A DNA stretch of 64,000 nt from NCBI GenBank assembly GCA_030390025.1, contig CM059433.1, positions 16,060,001-16,124,000 of the forward strand, read 5' to 3'. How positions within the stretch are numbered: position 1 is the first letter of the stretch; each line of letters opens with the position of its first letter. Position numbers and translations under genes: made by a program. Source of the stretch: Squalus acanthias. Lineage: Eukaryota. Shown here in pieces: positions 49,715 through 60,421 of the stretch. The notes under the pieces were generated by a model. That model made no database searches. It saw nothing but the letters and a program-made list of their open reading frames with translations, and was not told the DNA's origin.

Positions 49715-52700
49715 ACAGGAACATGTTATGTCGAAAAATATCCCAAGGCACTTTGCAGAGGCATAATCAAAACAAATTGCTGGGCTAAAGAAGGAGATAT
49801 TAGGAGTGCTGAATGGATATTTGGTTAAAGAGGTGGGTTTTAAGAAGGGTTATATAGGAGGACAGGAAGGTGGGGGGGTTTAGGGAGGGAATTCCACAGT
49901 GTGAGCTCCAGGCAGTTGAAGGCACGGCTGCAAATGGTGGGCTGAAATTGGGAGAGTTATGCACAGGAGACTAGAATCAGAGGAACAGGGAGTTTGGGGG
50001 ATTGTAGAGCTGGAAGATGTTATACAGATAGGAAGTGAGGAGGCCATGAAGAGATTTAAACACAACGATGAGAATTTTAAATTTAAGGCAATGGGAAACC
50101 GGAAGCTAATGTAGGTCAGCAAAGACAGGGGGAATGGGTGAGCAGGAATTGGTGGCGGATAGGATACAGGCAGCAGAGTTTTGGATGAGCTGAACTTTAC
50201 AATGGGTAAAGGATGGGAGGTTGGCCAGAAGAGCATTGGAATAGTTGAGTCTGGATGTGAGAAAAGCATGGATGAGGTTTTCGGCAGCAGATGGGCGAAA
50301 GCATTGGTGGGCACAGGAGATGTTACAGAGGTGCAGGTAGGCAGTCTCTGTGATGAAATGGATATGGGGCGGAAGCTCAGCTTGGTTTCAATAGGATGCT
50401 GAGTTTGCAGCAGTCTGATTCAGCCTGAGACAGTGGCTAGGGAGGGACATGGAATCGTTGATTAAGGTACGGAGTTTGTGACAGGGGTTGACCATGATGT
50501 CTTTGACCTTCCCAATGTTTAGCTGGAAGAAAGAGGTGAGGCATTGGAGGAGAATGGTGCGGTGACTGTGTCAAAGGCTATAGAGAGGTCAAGGAGCACG
50601 AGGGGGAATAATGCACCATGGTTATAGATGCAGAGGATATCATTTGTGACTTTGGTTAGGGTCATTTTGCTGCTGTGGCAGGTGCAAAAATCTAATTGGA
50701 GAAATTTTAAAATATGGAGTTGCGGGAAAGATGGAGATGGATTTGGGAGGCAACAACATGTTCAACAACAACAACAACTTGTATTTTCTATAGCGCCTTT
50801 AACGTAGTAAAACATCACATGGCGCTTCACAGGAGTGTTATAAGACAGAAAATTTGACACCGAGACACATAAGGAGAAATTAGGGCAGGTGACTAAAAGC
50901 TTGGTCAAAGAGGCAGGTTTTAAGGAGCGTCTTAAAGGAGGAAAGAGAGGTAGAGAGGCGGAGAGGGTTAGGCAGGGAATTCCAGAGCTTAGGGTCTAGG
51001 CAACAGAAGGCACAGCCACCAATGGTTGAGCGATTATAATCAGGGATGCTTAAGAGGGTAGAATTAGAGGAGCGCAGATATCTCGAAGGGTTGTGGGGCT
51101 GCAGGAGATTACAGAGATTAGGAGGGGCGAGGCCATGGAGGGATTTGAAAACAAGGATGAGAATTTTGAAATCAGGGTGTTGCTTAACCGGGAGTCAGCG
51201 AACACAGGGCTGATGGGTGAACGGGACTTGGTGCGAGTTAGGACACGGGCAGTCGAGTTTTGGATGACCTCAAGTTTACGTAGGGTAGAACGTGGGAGGC
51301 CAGCCAGGAGTGCATTGGAATAGTCAAGTCTAGAGGTAACAAAGGCATGGATGAGGGTTTCAGCAGCGGATGAGCTGAGGCAAGGGCGGAGACGGGCAAT
51401 GTTACAGAGGTGGAAATAGGCGGTCTTAGTTATGCTGCGGATATGTGGTCGGAAGCTCTTTTCAGGGTCAAATATGACACCAAGGTTGCGAACAGTGCGG
51501 TTCAGCCTCAGACATATGTTAGGGAGAGGGATGGAGTCACTGGCTAGGGAACGGAGTTTGTAGCGGGGATCGAAAACAATGGTTTCGGTCTTCCCAATAT
51601 TTAATTGGAGTAAATTTCTGCTCATCCAGAACTGGATGTTGGACAAGCAGTCTGACAATTTAGAGACCGTGGAGGGGTTGAGAGAAGTGGTAGTAGAGCT
51701 GGGTGTCGTCAGCGTACATGTGGAAACTGACGCTGTGTTTTCGGATGATGTCGCCAAGGGGCTACATGTAGATGAGAAATAGGAGGGGGCCAAGAATAGA
51801 TTCTTGGGGGACACCAGAGGCAAAGATACGGGAGCGGGAAGAGAAGCCATTGCAGGTGATTCTCTGGCTACGATTAGATAGATAAGAATGGAACCAGGCG
51901 AGTGCAGTCCCACCCAGCTGGATGACGGTGGAGAGGCGTTGGAGAAGGATGGAGTAGTCAACCGTGTCAAAGGCTGCAGACAAGTCAAGAAGGATGAGAA
52001 GGGATAATTTACCTTTGTCACAGTCACAAAGGATGTCATTTGTGAGTTTGATGAGAGCCGTTTCGGTACTGTGGCAAGGGCGGAAACCTGATTGGAGGGA
52101 TTCAAACATTGAATTGTGGGAAAGATGGGCACGGATTTGGGAGGCGACAACACGTTCAAGGATTTTGGGGAGGAAAGGGAGGTTGGAGATGGGGCAGTAG
52201 TTTGCAAGGACGGAGGGGTCAAGGTTTTTTTTTGAGAGGGGTGATGACGGCAGATTTGAGGGGAAGGGGGACAGTACCTGAGAGAGAACCGTTAACAATG
52301 TCAGCTAACATGGGAGCCAGAAAAGGAAGTTGGGTGGTCAGCAGTTTGTTGGGAATAGGGTCGAGGGAGCAGGAAGTGGGTCTCATGGAAAAGATGAGCG
52401 TGGAGAGGCTATGAGGGGAGATCGGAGAGAAACTGGAGAAAGATGTGAGTTCAGAGCTAGGGCAAGGGAGAACCTTAGAGGAGGTTTGGCCTGGTGGGCT
52501 AGGGGAAGGAAGGGAAGTGGCAGAGGCAGCTGAACGGATGGTCTCAATCTTAGAGACAAAGGCTTTGGAGACGAAAGGGAGATGGGAGATGGAGTGATAG
52601 TTTGCAAGGAAAAAGGGGTTGAGGACATGCTTTTTAGGAATGGGTGAAGGTGGTTTTAAAAAGAGTAACAGTGCTTGAGGAGAGGAAAGCATTTACAATG

Positions 52701-52855
52701 TCAGCTAGCATTGGGGACAGGAAGGGAAGTAGGGTGGTCACAAGTTTGGTAGTAATGTGGTCAAGGGAGCATGAAATGGGTCTCAAGGGGGAGGAGATGG
52801 GTCTCATGGACAAGATGATCTTGGGAGGGCATTAGAGGAGTTGGGAGAAAAACTA
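49715..52855 (-). mobile_element. Old L2 copy (49715-50765 plus 52561-52855) split by a younger L2
   Basis: GGGAGGCAACAACATGTTCAA joins GGCTTTGGAGACGAAAGGGAG, collinear with the younger copy at 52138-52180. Confidence 0.8.
50766..52560 (-). mobile_element. Younger L2 3' half
   Basis: ORFs 52219..52692, 51762..52298 and 51050..52222 (CSLDPIP, LDLSAAFDTVD, SGVPQ, FVTSRLDYSN); (AAC)n tail. Confidence 0.93.
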
Positions 52856-53307
52856 TTCAATAGACAAGTCAATGGATACATTTAATTATGTTATTGTGTA
52901 ACATGTAATTTAAAAATATATATATATTTTGTTTAAAATCCCATTTTGGACAATAGTAATTGTAGTTATTGAGAAAAATATATAGGCCAGTGATCAGATT
53001 AACAGTGGATATCCCATTAAAGCATCACCTACAGGAGTCACAGGGAAATGTAACAGGTAAATGTGGACAATTTTAGATTTGAATTCCAGTAAGAAATGTT
53101 TACATAGCAGTTTTCAATGGAGCGTGTGACCCACATAAAAATCTCAATATGCTATAAATTAAAACTAATAGTGGCACAGAAATAATTGGTGGTGCAATAA
53201 TTTCACTGCATCAATGTTCCTGTCGCTCTGCACTCTTCCATCTATGGCATTGTAAAGTGCCTTTCAGGACTTTTTACATGATGACAGCACTCCATTAAAG
53301 CAACTAT

Positions 53308-53556
53308 TGTACAACTGATACTGGTCTCAAATTGATATAGGTATAGTGTGATGTACATACAGTAGGGAGACCCAAGTTATAGTGCAGGACACACGCTGCT
53401 TGCAAGTCACACTGGACACCGCAACAAAGTACTGCACGAGCACCATGATGCTTGTACAGAGCTTCCCTCCCAGTTGGCTCACTTTTAACATTATGAGAGA
53501 GCTCGCAGAAGTGTTGCTTCTCTTCTACATTAATAAAGTTCTGAGTGTGAGTTATA
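53308..53556 (+). mobile_element. Possible short solo LTR, about 249 bp
   Basis: Starts TGTAC, AATAAA at 53533-53538, flanked by CTAT twice. It ends TA rather than CA. Confidence 0.4.
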
Positions 53557-53714
53557 CTATGCCCAGTGCAAAGCCCAAGAGATGTGAGCCTGTCTAATAG
53601 AAGAGATCTTACCCTCTGCGTCTTCAGCACACTCAGGTTCTGGCAAAGAGTCTCCACTTGAAATGTTAACCTACAAAGACTCTGAGAACTCTGACCCCCT
53701 CCTCTCCCCTCCCC

Positions 53715-53950
53715 TTCCTTCAACCTGCCATTAGCGGCCGTGCTTTCAGCCATCTAGGCTCTGCACTCTGGAATTTCCTCTCCGCCTCTCTCTGCTCCTT
53801 ACAACCCACCTCTTTGGCCAGGCTTTTGGTCATCCCTTCCAATATCTGTTTCTTTGGCTCGGCGTCCATTTTTATCTAATTATGCTTCTGTGAAGCATCT
53901 TGGAACGTTTTTCTGTAAAGGTGCTATATAAATAAACATTGTTGCTGTTA
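53715..53950 (+). mobile_element. L2 3' UTR fragment
   Basis: CTCTGGAATTTCCTC...CTGTGAAGCATCTTGG...GGTGCTATATAAAT. Confidence 0.8.
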
Positions 53951-53959
53951 TTCTTATAA

Positions 53960-54050
53960 CCTATGTTTTCTGTTTTCAGATGCTGACAGATTTGCTGTAT
54001 ATTTCCAGCATTTTGTGTTTTTATTTCAGATCTCCTGTGTTTGTAATTAT
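53960..54050 (+). repeat. Penelope-like terminal repeat fragment (diverged)
   Basis: GATGCTGACAGATTTGCTGTATATTTCCAGCATTTT..TTTATTTCAGAT, the same family as 55197, 58775 and 59535. Confidence 0.6.
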
Positions 54051-55196
54051 TTTTAAAATTGTATTTCTCATATTTATTATGAATTTATGTTCTCCACAGT
54101 AAAGGAATAACTTTCTAGAAGTACCCCCACAACTTATTAAAAATATAGATATATTATAAATGGAATCTATTTAGTCTGGTCAATATATATTTTATTTAGG
54201 TTAAGAAACGATCATCTCTCCCCCGCCCTCCACCCCCACGATTGTCTGAGAAAGAGACAGGAGATATAACACCCATAGGATAATGGGGCTCTACGGAGAA
54301 TAAATAGACTAATCCTGATCTCTACAGCTCATGCATGAGAATAGTTGATCATTGCTGGATATGTATCATTCAATGAAAAAAATATGGTACAGGGAAAGTG
54401 CAAATACCGCAGGAGCACAGAATTCTAGCAAGGTCTTGCTTATGGATTAGCATGAATACACTTATATAGATCGAATGTGCAAAGTGTGTCACAACCTCAG
54501 CCGCTAACCGAAGAGCCAGAGTAGACTGGCGCTGGACTACTCACTTTAGTCACCACTGCAGAAAAACTTTGACATTATCCTCTTTGTTTTCACGACCACC
54601 AGATCTGACCGGGAATAACATCGTCAACTTTCAATTTGACGCCGAAGCTCAGAAAAGATGCACAAGTTCCTCATTAATGAATTCAGCAAAGCCTTCACCC
54701 ACAAAAACCTTCTCACTTTTTGCTAATGTTTGTGACCCCATTTTTGAGACGTGAACCACTCAGATCAAGGTGAAAAACAAATCATTTCCTCCTTTCTACT
54801 GACACTGCATCCTTTTTATTCACTTTTACTTTTCCGCCAAAATTAATGAGATAATTGAATCGTATCATGATTTATTGAAAAGGTTGCTACAAAACAAAAT
54901 AGTAAAAATGCTTTGTGACTCATATACTAAGCGAATGAGTGTCATCTAGTGGGAGGAAGTAGGCTAGTCACCAACATTTTTATATAACATAAGCTCAGAG
55001 GTCCGTTACCCTCAAACCTTGTTTAAGAACATTTTTCTGTGGTGAACAATTGCATCTAACGAGGGGAAGTTCGAATGGTTAGTAATGCGGACCCTTTGAT
55101 ACAAATATTCCCTCAAAGGGTGTTTTCTACGATAATCAATTCTTGTATACATTGTGCAACCGTTGCTTAATTGGATAAGCTGAACATTGTTGATCA

Positions 55197-55249
55197 GCGT
55201 TTTCTGTTGTTATTTCAGATTTCCAGCATCCGCAGTATTTTGCTATCGT
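55197..55249 (+). mobile_element. 53-bp Penelope-like terminal fragment with an 11-bp TSD
   Basis: ATTGTTGATCA at 55186-55196 and 55250-55260 flanks TTTCAGATTTCCAGCATCCGCAGTATTTTGC. Confidence 0.75.
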
Positions 55250-56368
55250 ATTGTTGATCACTACCGGCGGAAGTTCGCATTAAGCGGTGGTGCCGATCAG
55301 AATCTCACTGTAAATGAGTCCCCATGGTTTGTGTAAGCGTAAAGTCAACTGAATGACTCTCGCCAGTCGCTGAATGGCGCTGTTGTCAGCTTTCTCCCCC
55401 ATAGAATGCATGTGGTTACCGTGTGTGTCTCTCTTCTCTAATTTGACATTTGATACATCTACATTCAAAGTAGTAAGAGGGAGTAAAACGCTTCATCATA
55501 AAGTTCTAATGAATAAGAAGTTATTTTAAATAATCAAAATCACCATTTCGAATAGAGTTGTCCAAACAACTGATCACTCCGGTTTCATACAGGTCCCGAC
55601 TTGAGTGTTTGTTTTAGCCTGAAGGGAGTGGCAGACACGTTTTGAGTAAATAGAGAGGGTAAAGGGTATCAAATTTCAAGAAGTTTATACCAGCTACCCG
55701 AACACTGCGTCCTGTTTCCCTTCTGAGGTTGGAGCTTTGACGATGTTTGCGTTAGGGTATCACATCAATATCAATCCACCTTTAAGTAGCTCTATGTGGA
55801 CGGCGGAGTGACTACACAGTAATATATATATATATATATATTTAGATATAAACACTTCCCCTCCCCGTCTTTAACTATTATCCTTATCATAGCGTTTCCA
55901 ATAATTTGTCACGTCAGAAATTAGACTTAGAGAAATAAATATGTTTATCAGAAATCGTATCCTGTGGATCATCAAATGAACTGCAAGGGACAGGGAAATA
56001 ATGTCAGTTACCGGTTTTCTTATTTAAGAGAAGGGAAAGTTGGGGGGTGGGGGGGGGGGGGAGTTCCTGGTATCCACGCAGCGTTGTCAGTCAAAGACGG
56101 TCTCATCATCATCCGGGCTGACGAAAATAATGCAATTGAAGGAGTGTCTGATCGGGAAGGATGAATGTTTCAAACAGCGTTAACACGTTTCCAATTAAAG
56201 ACACGCCGGGGTAATCCGGTGGGACCGATTACGTCTGCAAAGAGTCAGTAAAAGGCTGGGAAAGATCTAACGAAAGTTACCGAACAAAGGTTGCCAAGTG
56301 GACTTTTATTGTTTACCACCCACCTCAAGTCGATAATATCATATTGAACTACCACATGCATCATATAC

Positions 56369-56552
56369 TATATAAGGGCCTGCGCTTGGAGGCACGGCTG
56401 AAATGGTGTAGTTTATGGAATAAAGTGCACACCGGGAGAAATTATTTATTTTGTGAGCAAGTTTCTGCCTTTTCTGAACGGTGACAGAAAAAAAAGACAC
56501 GGGTTGCAAGGAGAGAGGAAGCAGGATACATTTTGTGAAGCCGCCTTTAAAG
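56369..56552 (+). promoter_or_regulatory. ALKAL2: Candidate ALKAL2 TATA box and non-coding first exon
   Basis: TATATAAG at 56369-56376 and candidate donor AAG|GTAAAT at 56552/56553. A strong acceptor (TTTCTTTTCTCTTTCAG, ending 56983) before the ATG exon implies an upstream exon. Confidence 0.45.
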
Positions 56553-57028
56553 GTAAATGTATGAAATTATTTTTTTTTATCTGAAGTTGACTTGTAGATT
56601 CTGCAGAGGCTGCTTTGAAATATGTTGCTGCAATTAGGCAAGGCTTGATGTTATTTTTTCTCGATTTTCTAGCCACCCCTTGCAAAATAGCAGAGCAACA
56701 GCAGAATTATAGGCACTTTTGCGACTTTTACCAAATGTGCATCTCTTTTAAAAGTTTAGGCGGGGATATTCAACAATAATATACTCATTGGATGACAACC
56801 CCAACAAGCTTTGCTTCGGACTTATAGGGTCTTAAACCTTAGAAGAGTTTGATTTCCAATCCCGGAAAACCAGGAAATGATTACTGTCAATGCAAGAGCA
56901 CAGTTCTGAGTGGTTTGGCATAACCTTGCGGTTATCTAACAAATCTGTTAAAGATCATCATGCCCGTTTCTTTTCTCTTTCAGTGCCACGAGTTGAGGTT
57001 GGGAGGCTTTCATCTGATTTCAACAGAA

Positions 57029-57287
57029 ATGCCCGGGCTGAGGTCTCCGTTATTCTTTGGACTTGTACTTCTAATAATCACAGCTGGATATTGCAAAGAG
57101 AGGACAGATTTCACAGAGTTACGGGACAACAAGACCCTCTTCAACTTAATACTGGAAGTCATAAATCAGTTACAAAAGCACCACGAGGAGGAAACCAATG
57201 ATGTTAACTACTTCCCACAACACGGCGATTATACTTTCGATTCTCAGGAATTACCTGACTACGTCTATCATAAGGAGGAGAGGGTTG
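57029..57287 (+). CDS. ALKAL2: ALK and LTK ligand 2, coding exon 1 (signal peptide and variable region)
   Basis: MPGLRSPLFFGLVLLIITAGYC hydrophobic leader ...KEERV. Donor G|GTAAGT, phase 1. Exon acceptor at 56983/56984. Confidence 0.9.
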
Positions 57288-58411
57288 GTAAGTGCCATTG
57301 ATCCATGTTGTTTCCAGTGTACTCATCAATCTACCAATGGTGATTTTACCGTGTTACTAAGTTAAGACCGTACATGATGGATGGTAATACGTGTATCTTT
57401 TTTGTACAAATTACAGAATAGAATCAAATAAATAAAGAGCGTTAATGGTTCCCGGGGGTTGGGCTGCTGTTGTGATCTGGGCACGGGTGAAGTAATACAG
57501 CCGATTGCTGTTGTAGTCCCGGGGGGGATGCGGGTGGTCGAAGAGTCTGCTCGCCTCTCCGATGCTGATAGTTTAAGGATGGTGATAGTGCAAGGGGGCG
57601 CTGGGGGTGTGGGACGCGGGAAGCTCAATGCAGATAAGACGCGAGGCGAAAGCGAAGCGGCGAATCCTTACAAATGCAGCTGGGCACATTTTATGAATGG
57701 ATGCAAACTAGCAAGGGGTGACCTGAGGACATTGGCCGCCTGGATTTCAGATCAGATAGAGAGTCGGTGCCATTGTATGTTATAACCACGACAGCGCTAG
57801 TAACTGTGTAACGCTGCCTGTTCAGACTGGCGATATGACGAGGAACGTTCGACGTGTATCATTGCTGCGGTCGGACTCATTGCTTCCCCCGTTTCATTAG
57901 TTTTTAGATTTGTTCATCTGCTTAGGACCGATAGTGAGGGATGCATAAGCAGTTAGAGCGTGATCCTGCCAGCCATTAAAACAATTTGTCCGCTGTTACA
58001 ACATTGGGACACTGCACGGTGATCCCCGTCATTCCCGACTTTAAACCGCCGTTCCGAACTCCCAGAAACCGGAGCTTTGGGAATCCGCTGCGAATGGTCT
58101 CCGGACAATGGGATACATGGAAAGTGCTGGCGTCCCGCTGTTCAGCGTTCCTGTAAACTGCATTTTCAGCAGAACCGGCTCTCTGCCACATGCTTGGCGA
58201 GGCCGGTAATTTAAGTCAATATTTTATGAAGTTGTCGGTCGACAGAACAAATCCCAAGCCATCACTCTACACACATCCGACGAGAGCCGTGCAAACATGG
58301 TTAGAGCATCTATTCCAAGCCATCAAAATGGCAAAGTTTTTGGTGAATTCATTGCGTTAACCTGATCACAGCAACGTCACTAAGAATATTATCTTTTTTA
58401 TTTCCCAACAG

Positions 58412-58468
58412 AAATAGTACCCAGAGATCTGAGGAAGATGAAAGACAAATTTTTAAAACATTTAACAG
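58412..58468 (+). CDS. ALKAL2: ALKAL2 coding exon 2
   Basis: Polypyrimidine tract plus CAG; encodes EIVPRDLRKMKDKFLKHLT; donor G|GTAGGG. Confidence 0.95.
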
Positions 58469-58551
58469 GTAGGGGCGCTTTCAGTTTGCCCGCGTGCTCT
58501 TTCGCTTGCGGAGTGCCGGCCGAGTTTAACCGGTGACTGGTTTTCTTTCAG

Positions 58552-58632
58552 GTCCTCTTTACTTCAGCCCCAAATGCAGCAAACACTTCCACCGGCTGTA
58601 CCACAACACCAGGGACTGCACCACACCAGCAT
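58552..58632 (+). CDS. ALKAL2: ALKAL2 coding exon 3, after an 83-nt intron
   Basis: Encodes GPLYFSPKCSKHFHRLYHNTRDCTTPA, ALKAL2-type residues rather than ALKAL1; donor T|GTAAGT. Confidence 0.97.
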
Positions 58633-58774
58633 GTAAGTGCATTCCTCCCTGTTCTTGCTTCCCAGTCAGACCAGCAGCGCTACATTTTACAGTAACAGTG
58701 ATCGTTTTAGACCCAAGTCTTTATTTACTTTTATCGCTTTCCCAAAGTGCGTTTTTAAAAAAAAAAACAAGCCA

Positions 58775-58900
58775 CATACTGCGGATGCTGGAAATCTGTA
58801 ATAAACACGGAAAATGCTGGAAACAGCCTGTCAGGCAGCATCTGTGGAGAGAGAAACAGAGTTAACGTTTCAGGTCTTCCACCTTTCGTCAGGACTTCTT
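58775..58900 (-). mobile_element. Penelope-like terminal repeat in an ALKAL2 intron
   Basis: TACTGCGGATGCTGGAAATCTG...GGCAGCATCTGTGGAGAGAGAAACAGAGTTAACGTTTCAGG; carries a hammerhead core. Confidence 0.75.
58860..58897 (-). ncRNA. Minimal type I hammerhead ribozyme motif, possibly inactive
   Basis: Minus strand reads AAGTC-CTGACGA-A-AGGT-GGAAG-ACCT-GAAAC-GTT-AACT: CUGANGA core, 4-bp helix II, GAAA, palindromic helix III. Confidence 0.6.
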
Positions 58901-59534
58901 GATGTAATGGGTGTTCATTATTGGGGTCATGAGACCCAGACGCAATAGTTTCCACTTTAAGTTTGAATTATACCCAATCTGCATGAATACATTTGTCTAG
59001 CGGGGGATGGTGATTTGTATTGGGTTCAGTGGAGATGTCAGAAAGACATTACAAACGGTCCTTGCTGTTTAGACCGTGTCCACACTCATGGCACCATCCC
59101 AGTAGCAGATTGACGGCATTGACACATGGGAGCACTTATCATTTTTGGAGAGGACTGGCTGGAAACTCCATTCTTATCAGAGTCTAGCTGTGTCACGTTG
59201 ACGCGAATGTGCAGTTTCTGTGGGATATGATAACTTAAGTCAACGCAGCTCCAGGGGAAGCAAAAATAAAAGGCTCAGGGGTGGCAGTGCGGTGATAACA
59301 AACCAGTTGCAGTTTGCCAGTCACAGCCTCCTCGACACCATCTGTCTTAAACGTGACAGTGGGTGTGATGAGCCACCGGTTATTGGGAAGAAGCGAGCTT
59401 TGCTACATGCATGCAGGCAACGGAGTCTATTGCAAAGATAATTTCTGATGGGCTCAGTGCTAACTCTCTGCAGGTAGCCCCACTGCCTGTCCTAACAGCA
59501 GCAGCATGTTTGATTCGATCAAGTTGAGGGATGG

Positions 59535-59683
59535 AATAGCAAAATACTGCGGATGCTGGAAAACTGAAATAACAACAGAAAGCGCTGGAAAAACTCAGGT
59601 CGACCTGAAACGTTAACTCTGTTTCTCTCTCCACGGATGTTGCCTGGCCTGCTGAGTTTTTCCAGCGCTTTCTGTTGTTATTT
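59535..59683. mobile_element. Inverted (fold-back) Penelope-like insertion with a 14-bp TSD
   Basis: Perfect 32-bp inverted arms at 59567-59598 and 59652-59683. AAGTTGAGGGATGG at 59521-59534 and 59684-59697. Confidence 0.8.
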
Positions 59684-60356
59684 AAGTTGAGGGATGGGGC
59701 CGAGTTGATCTTATCAAACGTTGACTGCCAGCACACCAAAATCAATGCTGCAGTAATATGGCAGTCACATGTACAACCGATTTCGCACATGCGTTATTAC
59801 ATTACACATCATTCATTACATTTTAACCGCTCTAAAGTTGTTGTTTTTTAACAATAGCTTAAAAATGGTTAGCGTGAAAATGAAAATGACACTACGGTCG
59901 GATTCAGATTATATTTGATCGTTTGAGGAAAATGTTAACGTTTTATACTATTTCTGTAATGGTAAACAATGCAGACATGTTACAAGCCCAGGTTGTGAAA
60001 GTAGAATTGGCCCATCAGTTCACATACATCCTTCTGGATTCACGGGAATCCTCAATCATTTCATAAAGAATGGGTTCCGTATGGGTGGAATGTGGAGATT
60101 CCCATGAACAGTATAGTCAGTTTATATATATTTTATGAGAATGAAATAAATATGGTTGCCGAATTCAGCGACTCATCAAAGAGGCCAAGGGGGAACTGAT
60201 CAGTCCTCGTCAAAGATCTAACCACACTTAGCCAGCTATCCAAAGGAGATACTCGTGCATAGAACGTACAATCTGTGTGAAGAGGAGCGAGTGTATTTAG
60301 GACCATGTGTTTATATATGATGTTTGCTGGTGCATGACGGCATTCTCTTCTCGTAG

Positions 60357-60421
60357 ATTACAAAAGATGTGCCAGACTTCTCACAAGATTGGCAGTCAGT
60401 CCGATGTGTGCGAAAGGCTAA
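60357..60421 (+). CDS. ALKAL2: ALKAL2 coding exon 4 with stop codon (exon extends to 60433)
   Basis: Acceptor TTCTCTTCTCGTAG; encodes YYKRCARLLTRLAVSPMCAKG then TAA. Total CDS 259+57+81+65 = 462 nt, 153 aa, with the four augmentor-domain cysteines. Confidence 0.96.

Noticed and set aside
54939..54952. CTCF-like CCACTAGATGACAC on the minus strand upstream of ALKAL2
   Set aside because: It mismatches a core G position, and one degenerate motif is not enough evidence.
56960..57028. Upstream in-frame ATG giving the 113-aa ORF 56960..57301
   Set aside because: It lies 5' of a strong acceptor at 56983, so it is probably intronic. The ATG at 57029 directly precedes the signal peptide.
57362..58191. 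ORFs in the first coding intron of ALKAL2
   Set aside because: GC-rich intron with chance open frames and no recognisable protein features.
58533..58865. 110-aa ORF as a single-exon gene
   Set aside because: Only 58552-58632 is ALKAL2 exon. The rest is read-through into intron and repeat sequence.
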